Translations under genes and position numbers: made by a program
Assembly: GCA_041664945.1 (NCBI GenBank)
Contig: JBAYJY010000004.1
Span: forward strand, 1,173 to 65,172
DNA length: 64,000 bases
Source of the DNA: a bacterium
GTDB taxonomy: Bacteria; UBP15; UBA6099
Direction of reading: 5' to 3'
Shown: positions 26,991 through 35,013 of the stretch, in pieces
How positions within the stretch are numbered: position 1 is the stretch's first letter
Layout of the letters: each line of letters opens with the position of its first letter
The notes under the pieces: model-generated
What the model was told of the DNA's origin: nothing
What the model saw: only the letters and a program-made list of their open reading frames with translations
Database searches by the model: none

Positions 26991-28486
26991 AACAGAAGCG
27001 AAAAATAGTATTTTGCGGCGTTGAAGAGCCGCTGGACGTTTCCCCGGAGCGTTACGGGCTCGCCCTCTCCTATCCGTTTGAATACCTTGCCGCGTTCGCG
27101 CTTCAAAACAAGGAGATCGCGGGTAACTTTGAATTCGAAACGCTGTTGGCAAACCGCAATGCATTCGATGAAGACATAATTTTCGACATCGCCGCCCGCA
27201 ACCCGCGCATGGCGGGCTTCTCCTGCTCAGTTAAGAACATAGGCCGCTGCCTGAGAATCGCGCGGCAGTTGAAATTGGCCTGTCCGGAAACCCTGATAAT
27301 TCTCGGCGGCCCTGAAATGTACGCCGCGGAGAGGCTGATGCAAAAACACAGCTTCATCGACCTCGCGGTTTTCGGGGAGGGAGAAGAAACTTTTTCCGAA
27401 ACGCTATTGAGCGTGCTCGCCGGCGAAACCGGAAAAATACCCGGCCTGTTCAGGCGCGCCGGCGGCAAAATCGTCTCCGGCGGGCCGCGCAAACCCATAG
27501 AGCGACTCGACTCCATTCCTTCCTTCTTCACGCCCGAAAAAGCCGCCGCCGTTTCCGGCATAGCGCTCTACGAAACCGCGCGCGGATGCCCCAACAAATG
27601 CTCCTATTGCCTCTGGTCTCCCTATAGCAAACGCTATTTCTCAATGAAACGCGTTAAAAGGGAAATCGGGCTCCTCCTCGAAAACGACGATATCGAACGA
27701 ATCTGGTTCATAGATTCCGATTTCGACTCCGACGTCGAACGCTCAAAGGAAATTCTGCGATTTGTCAAAAAGAAACGCAAGCCCGGCCTTGAACTGTCCG
27801 CCTTCCTCAACTTTCACACGCCGGACGAAGAACTCCTCGCTCTCGTCGCCGAACTCTTTCACGAGGTGCCGGTCGGCATACAGACGGTAAAGCGGAACCT
27901 TCAGAAAAACATCGGCCGGGACTGGTTCGACATCGCTGAATTCGAAAAAAATCTCGGCAAAATCCTGAGCTTCATTCCGGCTCACAAACTTTATATCGAT
28001 CTTATGTACGGGCTGCCGGGCGAAAAACCCGGCGACTTCGCCGACACGCTTATGTGGTGCCTCGCGCGCGGACTGACTCACATTAATTTCTTCCGCCTCT
28101 CGGTCTTCCCCGGCGCTCCGCTCGAAAAAATCGCCCGGAAATCCGGCCTGATCTTCGATCCCGAACCGCCTCATCTCGTTTACTCTTCAGACACGTTCTC
28201 TTTCGACGATTTGATCGCGATCGAAACTGAGATTGTTAACTACAAGGTTTTAGAGACGCTTCTGCCCCCTGAGTCGCTTTCGAAACTCGCGGCGTCAGAC
28301 GCTTTCACGGACATTCTCCGCAACCTGAGCCGCTGCGACCCGGACTTCGAAACGCGCTTCGTCTGCATCAACGAGTCGAATATATCCGATATCGACATTC
28401 GCAAACTCGCCGCGCCCGTGACGGAGTTCCTAAGAAAATACAAAATTGACAAAGAGATATTGGACTCCGCGCGTTCCCGGCGATAA
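26987..28486 (+). CDS. Class B (cobalamin-binding domain) radical SAM enzyme 2 (499 aa)
   Basis: ...PRMAGFSCSVKNIGRCLRIARQLK...IILGGPE...VFGEGE, then ETARGCPNKCSYC. ATGA overlap with the upstream paralog. Confidence 0.8.
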   Translation: MKQKRKIVFCGVEEPLDVSPERYGLALSYPFEYLAAFALQNKEIAGNFEFETLLANRNAFDEDIIFDIAARNPRMAGFSCSVKNIGRCLRIARQLKLACPETLIILGGPEMYAAERLMQKHSFIDLAVFGEGEETFSETLLSVLAGETGKIPGLFRRAGGKIVSGGPRKPIERLDSIPSFFTPEKAAAVSGIALYETARGCPNKCSYCLWSPYSKRYFSMKRVKREIGLLLENDDIERIWFIDSDFDSDVERSKEILRFVKKKRKPGLELSAFLNFHTPDEELLALVAELFHEVPVGIQTVKRNLQKNIGRDWFDIAEFEKNLGKILSFIPAHKLYIDLMYGLPGEKPGDFADTLMWCLARGLTHINFFRLSVFPGAPLEKIARKSGLIFDPEPPHLVYSSDTFSFDDLIAIETEIVNYKVLETLLPPESLSKLAASDAFTDILRNLSRCDPDFETRFVCINESNISDIDIRKLAAPVTEFLRKYKIDKEILDSARSRR

Positions 28487-28575
28487 CACTCAAATATATT
28501 ATGTGCCACGCATGGAAATTGGTTTTCCCGCTGTAAAATATTATCAGACTACATTATCGACTGGAGGTGGGAAAC

Positions 28576-28626
28576 ATGTGCAAAACATGCGCGAAACACG
28601 CCGGGAAAAAAGCTCCCAAAAAGTAA
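28576..28626 (+). CDS. Candidate 16-codon mini-ORF MCKTCAKHAGKKAPKK (not in the ORF track)
   Basis: A strong SD GGAGGTG (28563-28569) lies 6 nt before the ATG. The peptide has a CxxC motif and a Lys-rich tail. It sits 90 nt after the last rSAM stop and 45 nt before the terminator hairpin. Confidence 0.3.
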   Translation: MCKTCAKHAGKKAPKK

Positions 28627-28671
28627 GCCTGCGGTTCGATTCGGCTGGGTAAAGACGATTTAATTTGTCGG

Positions 28672-28705
28672 AAAACAACGGGATATGCCCGTTGTTTTTT
28701 ATTTT
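28672..28705 (+). terminator. Rho-independent terminator closing the rSAM operon
   Basis: AAAACAACGGG (28672-28682), loop ATATG, CCCGTTGTTTT (28688-28698), running into a T-tract TTTTTTATTTT. Confidence 0.65.
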
Positions 28706-28836
28706 AAACCGCCTCCAGTCGAAAGGCTTTTCGGAAAAGACATAAAAAACTGATTTACGCCCGGCCATTTATGATATACAAATAGGAAAGCATTGAGAGT
28801 CGGCGGATCCGGCGAATTAGGCATAAGGCGGCATAG

Positions 28837-30321
28837 ATGGAGAGTTACGAACAGGTTCCCGCGGTAATACACGTTCACTCGTCAATGAGCGGCGGGAAAT
28901 ACACGCACTCGGAGATAGCGCGAATGGCGCAGGCTGGCGGCGCGCGCGCCGTTTTGTTTTCAGACAAGGCGGAGCGGTCGTTTACATACGGAATTCCGCC
29001 CTTCAGGGGCGTCGCGCGAGTCACGATGAAACGGCCTTCGATTCCGATGGCGAAGGTCGGTGAATACCTGAAAACAATAGACGCGGCGCAGGCGGAAAAC
29101 CCGGACGTCATCCTCGTTCCCGGATTCGAAGTCGCTCCTTACTACCGGTGGGAGGGCGACCCGCGCGCCGGCAACCTCACTCTCTACAAAACCGAATGCG
29201 AGATGCTCGTTTACGGCCTGAAAAAAGAGTCCGACTGGCAACACATGCCGTTTATTTCGAATCCGAACTCCGCGCGGTTCAGCGCCGGTTCGTTTTTTCA
29301 GTTCATTTTGTGCGCGGCACTGCTCGCGGCCGGATGCGCGGCGTTCTTTGTCCGCGTCAAACACAAATTCAAAGTCGGCCTCTGGCGCAAACAGCAGATA
29401 AATTACTACTCTCATCCCTTGCGCCCGTTCGCGATTCTGGCGGTTTTGGCGGCGCTGCTTGTCGGCTTAATGTGCTATCCGTTTCGCCGTTACGCTTACA
29501 GCCAGTATCAGCCGCCCCGCCCCACGAACGCCCCCTATCGCCTGCTCGCGGACTACGTCAGCGCTCATGGCGGACTCACCGTATGGGCTCATCCCGAATC
29601 AAAAGATGTTCGCCGTTTTAAGGCGGCCCAGATATTGCCGGCCTTGTTCGCGCGGCTTCCCTTCATCCCGAAAGATTTCTCAGCCGAAGTCCGCAACACA
29701 GGCTGCGTCGAGGAAATGGAAAACACTGCCGCCTTCACCGCTTTCTCCGCGATTTATGAAGGCTACCGCGCTGTTGGCTGCGTCGGCGGCAGTTGGGATA
29801 AAGCCCTTTGCGGATACGCTTCCGGACGCGGCCGCTCCGCTCCGTTCTGGGCCGCCGGAGAGCGCGATTTCTACGGTCTCGCCGACACGTTCCCTATAGC
29901 GAATTCGCAGACCGTTTTCCTTGTCCGCGAGTTCAGCCGCGCGGGGATCCTTGAAGCGATGCGCGCGGGCAGAATGTACGCCGCCGAGGTCGACAACGGC
30001 AAAGTTCTGCGCCTTTACGACTTCAAAATAGATTCGGGCGGCTCGGCGACTCCGGCAGGCGGAACCGTTGTTTTCTCAGGCCCCGCGCGAGTCTCGGGAA
30101 CGATCGGCTCAAAGCCCATGCGAGGCATTAAGATCCGCGCCAAAATCATCAAAAACGGGAAAGTCGCCCGCACTTTTTTCGGCTCCACGCCTCTTAAATT
30201 CGATTTTTCTTTCCCGGACGCTCCCAAAGACGGCATGGATTATTACCGCGTTGTCGCCGATAACTATAGTTTCGCTTTATTAATAAGCAATCCGATTTTT
30301 GTCGACGCTCGCAAAAAATGA
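28837..30321 (+). CDS. PHP-like metal-dependent phosphoesterase domain protein with internal TM segments
   Basis: The N-terminal VIHVHSSMSGGKYTHSEIARMAQAGGARAVLFSD resembles the PHP HxH motif. Two hydrophobic helices lie mid-protein. WAHPES may be a further His motif. Confidence 0.5.
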   Translation: MESYEQVPAVIHVHSSMSGGKYTHSEIARMAQAGGARAVLFSDKAERSFTYGIPPFRGVARVTMKRPSIPMAKVGEYLKTIDAAQAENPDVILVPGFEVAPYYRWEGDPRAGNLTLYKTECEMLVYGLKKESDWQHMPFISNPNSARFSAGSFFQFILCAALLAAGCAAFFVRVKHKFKVGLWRKQQINYYSHPLRPFAILAVLAALLVGLMCYPFRRYAYSQYQPPRPTNAPYRLLADYVSAHGGLTVWAHPESKDVRRFKAAQILPALFARLPFIPKDFSAEVRNTGCVEEMENTAAFTAFSAIYEGYRAVGCVGGSWDKALCGYASGRGRSAPFWAAGERDFYGLADTFPIANSQTVFLVREFSRAGILEAMRAGRMYAAEVDNGKVLRLYDFKIDSGGSATPAGGTVVFSGPARVSGTIGSKPMRGIKIRAKIIKNGKVARTFFGSTPLKFDFSFPDAPKDGMDYYRVVADNYSFALLISNPIFVDARKK

Positions 30322-30624
30322 AATTCGCGCGGATGGCCATTTTCCACGGCGCGACTTCGCCCCTCATCATCCACACCGTTACGCCCTGTGCGCCCAACGC
30401 TTTTCTCCGGTCTCAAACGCTCATGTTTATTGATTTCCTTGTTTGATGTATAATATTGTCAAAATATAACACTTTAAAAATACAACCCTTTCCGGTGAAG
30501 CGCCATTTCGCGGTCGGCGTAAAAAGTTTGTCTTGCGAAAACCGTCCTGATTTCATTAAGCGGAACATTTTTCCCGCGCGCACGGTTTGATAGATTGTTT
30601 CTAACAAATATTAAGGAGACAATC

Positions 30625-31239
30625 ATGAAAAAAAATCACCTGTTCAAAGCGCAGATCATTTTTACGGCATTCATGCTCGTAGCGGCAACGCATGTTTTGA
30701 GCGCTCCCGCCGCTAAATCCGCGAAACCGGGGCCTGACACTTATAAAATCGACCCCGTTCACACAACGGCATTTTTCAAAGTCGGACATCTCAACATCGG
30801 ATTCGTGCGCGGCGGGTTCACGGACATATCCGGAACCGTGGCGTTCGATAAAAAGAATACTGCTCTCAACTCGGTCTCGATGACAATCAACGTCGCGAGC
30901 ATTTTCACCAACAACGCGCAACGCGACACTCACCTTAAAAGCCCGGACTTTTTCGACGCCGACAAGTATCCGACAATGAGTTTCAAGAGCAAAACAGTCA
31001 CTCATGTCCGGGGCAACCTGTATAAAGTGACAGGCGATTTCACGCTGCACGGAGTGACAAAGTCGATAACGGTGGCCGCGCAGAAGCTCGGCGAGGGCAA
31101 AGACCCATGGGGCGGTTATCGCGCCGCGTTCGAATCGTCGTTCAACATCAGGCGCAGCGATTACGGCATGACTAAGGAAATCCCCGCCGCCGGCGATCTC
31201 GTTGAGATCACGCTTATCGTCGAAGGCGTTAAACAGTAA
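30625..31239 (+). CDS. YceI-family periplasmic (polyisoprenoid-binding) protein
   Basis: AAGGAG RBS and a signal peptide. YKIDPVHTTAFFKVGHLNIGFVRGGFTDISGTVAFD...DTHLKSPDFFDADKYPTMSFKS is the classical YceI pattern. I prefer the ATG at 30625 over the listed 30595. Confidence 0.8.
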   Translation: MKKNHLFKAQIIFTAFMLVAATHVLSAPAAKSAKPGPDTYKIDPVHTTAFFKVGHLNIGFVRGGFTDISGTVAFDKKNTALNSVSMTINVASIFTNNAQRDTHLKSPDFFDADKYPTMSFKSKTVTHVRGNLYKVTGDFTLHGVTKSITVAAQKLGEGKDPWGGYRAAFESSFNIRRSDYGMTKEIPAAGDLVEITLIVEGVKQ

Positions 31240-31303
31240 CGCGCCGCGTTGTTTTCGGAGCCTTTTCAGTTTTATCGGCAAAATTTAATCAGGGAGGTTC
31301 GTC

Positions 31304-31888
31304 ATGAAACACTTGATCGTTTACAGCCATCCAAATCCTAAGAGTTTCAACCACGCAATTCTGGAAACATACACCGCAGCTCTGAAGCATAAAGGCGCCG
31401 AAATGCGGATTCGCGACTTATACACAATAGGCTTCTCCCCCGCTCTCGACGTTCGCGACTTCGATTACTACGCGCAACACAAAGTGCCGGATGAAATTCA
31501 GGCCGAGCAGGACAACATAAAATGGGCCGATTTCCTTACGTTCATATATCCGATCTGGTGGACCGGACTTCCCGCCATGGTCAAGGGCTACATAGACCGT
31601 GTTTTCACAAACGGGTTCGCCTTCGGAGTCGGCGCGGACGGCGTCAAGGGGTTGCTGCCGGGCAAAAAGGTTTTCATCTTCAACACAACCGGAACGCCCG
31701 ATCCGGTATACAAAGACAACGGAATGCTCAAGAGCCTGAGCCAGACTTCAGACGCGGGCATATTCGAGTTCTGCGGAATGGAAATGGCCGGTCATAAATA
31801 CTTCGCCGGCGTGCCCTATATAACCGACGCGGACCGCGCAGCCATGCTCGAAGAAGTTAAAGCTATCGCTGAAAACAACTCTCGCTGA
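31304..31888 (+). CDS. Flavodoxin-like-fold NAD(P)H:quinone oxidoreductase (NQO/KefF/MdaB-type)
   Basis: MKHLIVYSHPNPKSFNHAI...IYPIWWTGLPAMVKGYIDRVF... is typical of the Flavodoxin_2 family. Confidence 0.75.
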   Translation: MKHLIVYSHPNPKSFNHAILETYTAALKHKGAEMRIRDLYTIGFSPALDVRDFDYYAQHKVPDEIQAEQDNIKWADFLTFIYPIWWTGLPAMVKGYIDRVFTNGFAFGVGADGVKGLLPGKKVFIFNTTGTPDPVYKDNGMLKSLSQTSDAGIFEFCGMEMAGHKYFAGVPYITDADRAAMLEEVKAIAENNSR

Positions 31889-32013
31889 CGAATAATTCGG
31901 TTGTCATGAAACGGATTATTAAAGTCGTTTCTGCATCTTGTTACTATTCTGCGCTATCAGATTTAGAAGTCAATTTTCTGCTTTGAATCAAGTAACTTCA
32001 TCATCGTATTTTT

Positions 32014-32499
32014 CTATTTTACCTTCTTTCTTCTATGTTTGCTTTTTCTTTTTTTAGGTTTATTATTCTTAACTTTATCAAATAGTTTTTCTAATAATAT
32101 TTTATTTTTATAATGATATACAGGATAATTTATTATCGCAGCATATATAATAAAGATTATATTATAAGATTTAGTATCAGAATAGTTAATTTTATAATAG
32201 TGTTGAACAAATAATAATATTATAAATATTAATATTGTTACGGCAATAATATAAAGTTCTGATAATATTATAAAACGCAATTTTGGATATATTGTTGTTT
32301 GCAATTCGTCATTTCTGTATAAATATATAAACATCTGCGAAGTGAGAAAGGAACCATATACATATAGTGAAATGTATATAATATTAGAAGTACAATGTGA
32401 ATAATACAAAAGCGGAATCATAAGGAATAAAAACAATAATAAAGTCAATACATACCAATGTCTAAAAGTAAAGTTTTTCATATTTGTGTTCATTAGCAC
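32014..32499 (-). CDS. AT-rich cassette ORF 2: small 4-TM protein with a poly-Lys/Arg tail, unknown function
   Basis: 161 aa in DNA that is very AT-rich by eye, against the GC-rich flanks. Four hydrophobic helices rich in I/L/F/Y and a C-terminal KPKKRKSKHRRKKVK. Confidence 0.55.
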   Translation of the reverse strand: MLMNTNMKNFTFRHWYVLTLLLFLFLMIPLLYYSHCTSNIIYISLYVYGSFLTSQMFIYLYRNDELQTTIYPKLRFIILSELYIIAVTILIFIILLFVQHYYKINYSDTKSYNIIFIIYAAIINYPVYHYKNKILLEKLFDKVKNNKPKKRKSKHRRKKVK

Positions 32500-32578
32500 C
32501 TCTTATAAGCGCATTCATATGCATAAATGCTACTATCAATAGCTAGGGGATTCGTGGGACAACTTACTAATTACACCT

Positions 32579-32686
32579 TTTCTTTGGCATCGGTTCCGGT
32601 TTTTGCGGCTTCAATATACGCTAAAGCTTCTTTTCAAGGCGAGTTATGAAGCACTCGCTATCAATCCGGCCTTTTCGCGAGTCGCG
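32579..32686 (+). repeat. ~108-bp direct repeat, copy A (partner 33376-33482)
   Basis: About 86% identity to copy B (15 differences in 108). It covers the last codons plus about 80 nt downstream of a Gfo/Idh/MocA gene. Confidence 0.85.
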
Positions 32687-32754
32687 CAATCTCGCGATTC
32701 GGGCCATCCATCCATATTACTCACTATATCGCTGTCCGTCAACTGGGCTCCATT
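32644..32754 (-). pseudogene. Orphan C-terminal remnant of a Gfo/Idh/MocA oxidoreductase paralog
   Basis: The minus-strand reading NGAQLTDSDIVSNMDGWPESRDCATREKAGLIASAS* aligns with the end of the intact gene (...TGSQPITNADEAVANMRLLDAIREKAGL*). It is bounded upstream by an in-frame TGA. Confidence 0.5.
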
Positions 32755-32899
32755 TCATATATTATCCATTGTCTGTCTTAATTGAGTAAGGCGTCCCCTG
32801 AATCCCTAATCCCTGAACCCCCTGAATCCCAGCAATGTTCATTAAAAAATAGCGCACATAGAGTATTTTTTACGAAATCGATCAGTTAAACGTATTAGT

Positions 32900-33271
32900 T
32901 TAATGAATAATTATATAAATTACGTCATAAATTAGTATAATAGTAAATATTAAAATCGGAAATGAAACAATCATTAATAATATTATATTAAAATATTTTT
33001 TGCAGGTTACCTTTAATTTATTCATGTTGAGATCGTCAATATCGTCATTTTTATAAAATAATTTAATAAATTTCCAAGGTATAACTGGGTTAGTGCGATA
33101 CTTGTTAATGTCATTTTCATTTATATTATAATGTTCTCCGTAATGTTTTAACAAATATTCGATAAATACAATTGTGTTATATTTTAGTCGATTGAGCAAA
33201 ACAATTAAAATTATTACGTATATTGTCCAGACGTATGGAAACCAATTATGTTCCGGCGCTCTCATATGCAT
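32900..33271 (-). CDS. AT-rich cassette ORF 1: small 2-TM protein, unknown function
   Basis: 123 aa in very AT-rich DNA, with N- and C-terminal hydrophobic helices flanking a charged N/K/D-rich middle. Confidence 0.5.
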   Translation of the reverse strand: MHMRAPEHNWFPYVWTIYVIILIVLLNRLKYNTIVFIEYLLKHYGEHYNINENDINKYRTNPVIPWKFIKLFYKNDDIDDLNMNKLKVTCKKYFNIILLMIVSFPILIFTIILIYDVIYIIIH

Positions 33272-33375
33272 TCAGCCAGAGTAACATATTCAAATTTTAT
33301 GATCGATCTGATAATCGTATCAATAAAGTGAAATAATCTTACGTATTCGGAGGACATCCTTGCTTTATTACCCCG

Positions 33376-33482
33376 TTTCTTTGGCTTTGTCCCCGGTTTT
33401 TACGGCTTCAATATACGCTCAAGCTTCTTTTCAAGCAGAGTTATAAAACGCTCGCTATAATCCGGCTTTTTCGCGAATCGCG
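33376..33482 (+). repeat. ~108-bp direct repeat, copy B (overlaps the 3' end of the intact oxidoreductase gene)
   Basis: See 32579-32686. Confidence 0.85.
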
Positions 33483-34474
33483 TCGAGGAGTCGCATATTG
33501 GCGACAGCTTCGTCGGCGTTCGTGATCGGCTGGCTCCCGGTTCGGACCGCCTCGCAGAACGCTTCAAGTTGCGCGTGATATGAAGTTATAGACGGTACGC
33601 GTATGTTGTGGACCTTCAGCCCTTCCCGGTGGATGATCATATAAATGTCGACAACGATCTTGCCGGTCTGCACGGCGGGATTGAACGGCGACATGATATA
33701 AATTTCGCCTTTGGTTCCCTTTATGCGGGCGGACATCGGCAGGTATCTCACGAGGCTGCCGTGTATCTCGGCGTCGATTCCATTCTCGAATTTGAGATTC
33801 GCGCGGATCGTGCCGTCCACGCCCGAGCGCGTGAGTTTCGCGCGCGCCGCGGTCACCGTCGCCTCGTCGCAGCCCGCTATCCAGCGCGCGAAGTTGACCG
33901 GGTAGCATCCGATGTCCAACAGCGCGCCGCCCGCGAGACTTTTGCTGAACTGCACCTTGCTTTTGTCCATGAGCGGCACGCCGTGCACGGCGAAAATATG
34001 CTGAACTTCTCCAATGCCGCCGGACCGCACTATACTCTCAACTCTCGCGGCGAACGGATGGTAACGGTAGTGAAACGCCTCGGCGAATATTTTCCCGGTC
34101 TCTTTCACCTTCGCGGCGATCGCGCGCGCTTCATCCGCGTTGACGGCCACCGGCTTTTCGCACAACACATGTTTGCCGGCCTCCAGCGAGCGGATGGCCC
34201 ATTCGGCGTGCATGGACACCGGAAGCGGTATGAAAACGCAGTCGATTTCGGGATCGGCGAGCAGTCGCTCGTACTCGCCGTAAGCTTCAGGAATGCCGTG
34301 TTCCGCGGCGTAGCGGGCAGCTTTCTTCAGATCCCGAGAGGCGATCGCCAGCAATTCCACGCACGGCGTTTTCTTGATCGGCGGCAGAAAAGCGTATTCG
34401 TTCACGCTCGCGGTGGAGAGAATTCCGAATCTCAAATTTTCCATAGCGCTCCCCGGCATATTGTCGCGGCTCAA
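33455..34474 (-). CDS. Gfo/Idh/MocA-family NAD(P)-dependent oxidoreductase
   Basis: N-terminal Rossmann region LRFGILSTASVNEYAFLPPI..., the EKP motif (VLCEKPVAV), and a C-terminal alpha/beta domain. The likely true start is the MENLRFG Met at 34444. Confidence 0.85.
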   Translation of the reverse strand: MSRDNMPGSAMENLRFGILSTASVNEYAFLPPIKKTPCVELLAIASRDLKKAARYAAEHGIPEAYGEYERLLADPEIDCVFIPLPVSMHAEWAIRSLEAGKHVLCEKPVAVNADEARAIAAKVKETGKIFAEAFHYRYHPFAARVESIVRSGGIGEVQHIFAVHGVPLMDKSKVQFSKSLAGGALLDIGCYPVNFARWIAGCDEATVTAARAKLTRSGVDGTIRANLKFENGIDAEIHGSLVRYLPMSARIKGTKGEIYIMSPFNPAVQTGKIVVDIYMIIHREGLKVHNIRVPSITSYHAQLEAFCEAVRTGSQPITNADEAVANMRLLDAIREKAGL

Positions 34475-34509
34475 GTCCGATCCGCATTTAACTTCAGCGA
34501 TTCAATGAT

Positions 34510-34968
34510 TTATTTTTTTGCGACGGCGCCGATGCTGAGCATCACATTCGCGTACCAGCTCTGGTCGCCGGTGGCGATGGTGAGCGCGACATCCTCGCCC
34601 GCAGCCGCCGCGTAGAATCCGGCAATGTCGAGTTTTTCGAGCTTCACATTTGCGCCGTTTTTCCTGAGTATTTTACGATAGTCGTTCCATGCGGGCGGAT
34701 CGCCGGCCATCGCATACGGGCCCGTTTTCGCCGGCGCCATTACTGACGCGCCCTGGATCGGTATCGCCGACGCGAGCGCTTCGAGAACCTGCGCCACCGT
34801 GACGCAGCCCGGCGACAGGTTGAGAAAAACCAACTGCGCCTTCGGGCCGAGCGTCGTCGAGAACGGATAATTCCCGTCCGCGATCAGCACACGCGAGTTA
34901 TGCCCGGCCGCCGCCAGCGCTTCGAGTATCTCGGGATGCAGCAGTTTGTATTTCAGCATTTTAACCAC
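34510..34968 (-). CDS. RbsD/FucU-family sugar mutarotase (L-fucose mutarotase / D-ribose pyranase-like)
   Basis: MLKYKLLHPEILEALAAAGHNSRVLIADGNYPFST... is the family-typical N-terminus with the catalytic His. Confidence 0.75.
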   Translation of the reverse strand: MVKMLKYKLLHPEILEALAAAGHNSRVLIADGNYPFSTTLGPKAQLVFLNLSPGCVTVAQVLEALASAIPIQGASVMAPAKTGPYAMAGDPPAWNDYRKILRKNGANVKLEKLDIAGFYAAAAGEDVALTIATGDQSWYANVMLSIGAVAKK

Positions 34969-35013
34969 CCCTGAATTTGTTTATTGCGCCGGCCCCGCCG
35001 GCCTCCCAAAATA

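Noticed and set aside
28446-28652. 68-aa ORF spanning the end of the last rSAM gene and the downstream gap
   Set aside because: It starts inside the rSAM gene in another frame without an RBS. The only well-signalled translation start in this gap is the 16-codon ORF at 28576.
30413-30607. 64-aa minus-strand ORF in the 300-nt gap upstream of the YceI gene
   Set aside because: There is no SD upstream of its ATG, and its 5' end overlaps the YceI RBS region. The gap also contains a TATAAT (30449-30454) on the plus strand, so it is more likely a promoter and 5' leader. It cannot be excluded as a real small protein without conservation data.
32603-32785. 60-aa plus-strand ORF on the GC-normal fragment between the two AT-rich cassettes
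   Set aside because: It lies on the duplicated oxidoreductase 3' remnant. The opposite strand shows the recognisable homologous reading (…VSNM…REKAGL…), so this ORF is a by-product.
31889-33454. A mobile element with its own recombinase (IS, integron or prophage remnant)
   Set aside because: No transposase, integrase or terminal inverted repeats are visible in or next to the island. Only the 108-bp direct repeats are present, so I report it as an island of unknown mechanism rather than a defined mobile element.
33608-34615. 335-aa ORF antisense to the Gfo/Idh/MocA and FucU genes
   Set aside because: It spans two well-supported minus-strand genes and their intergenic gap. Its composition is Arg-rich and low-complexity.
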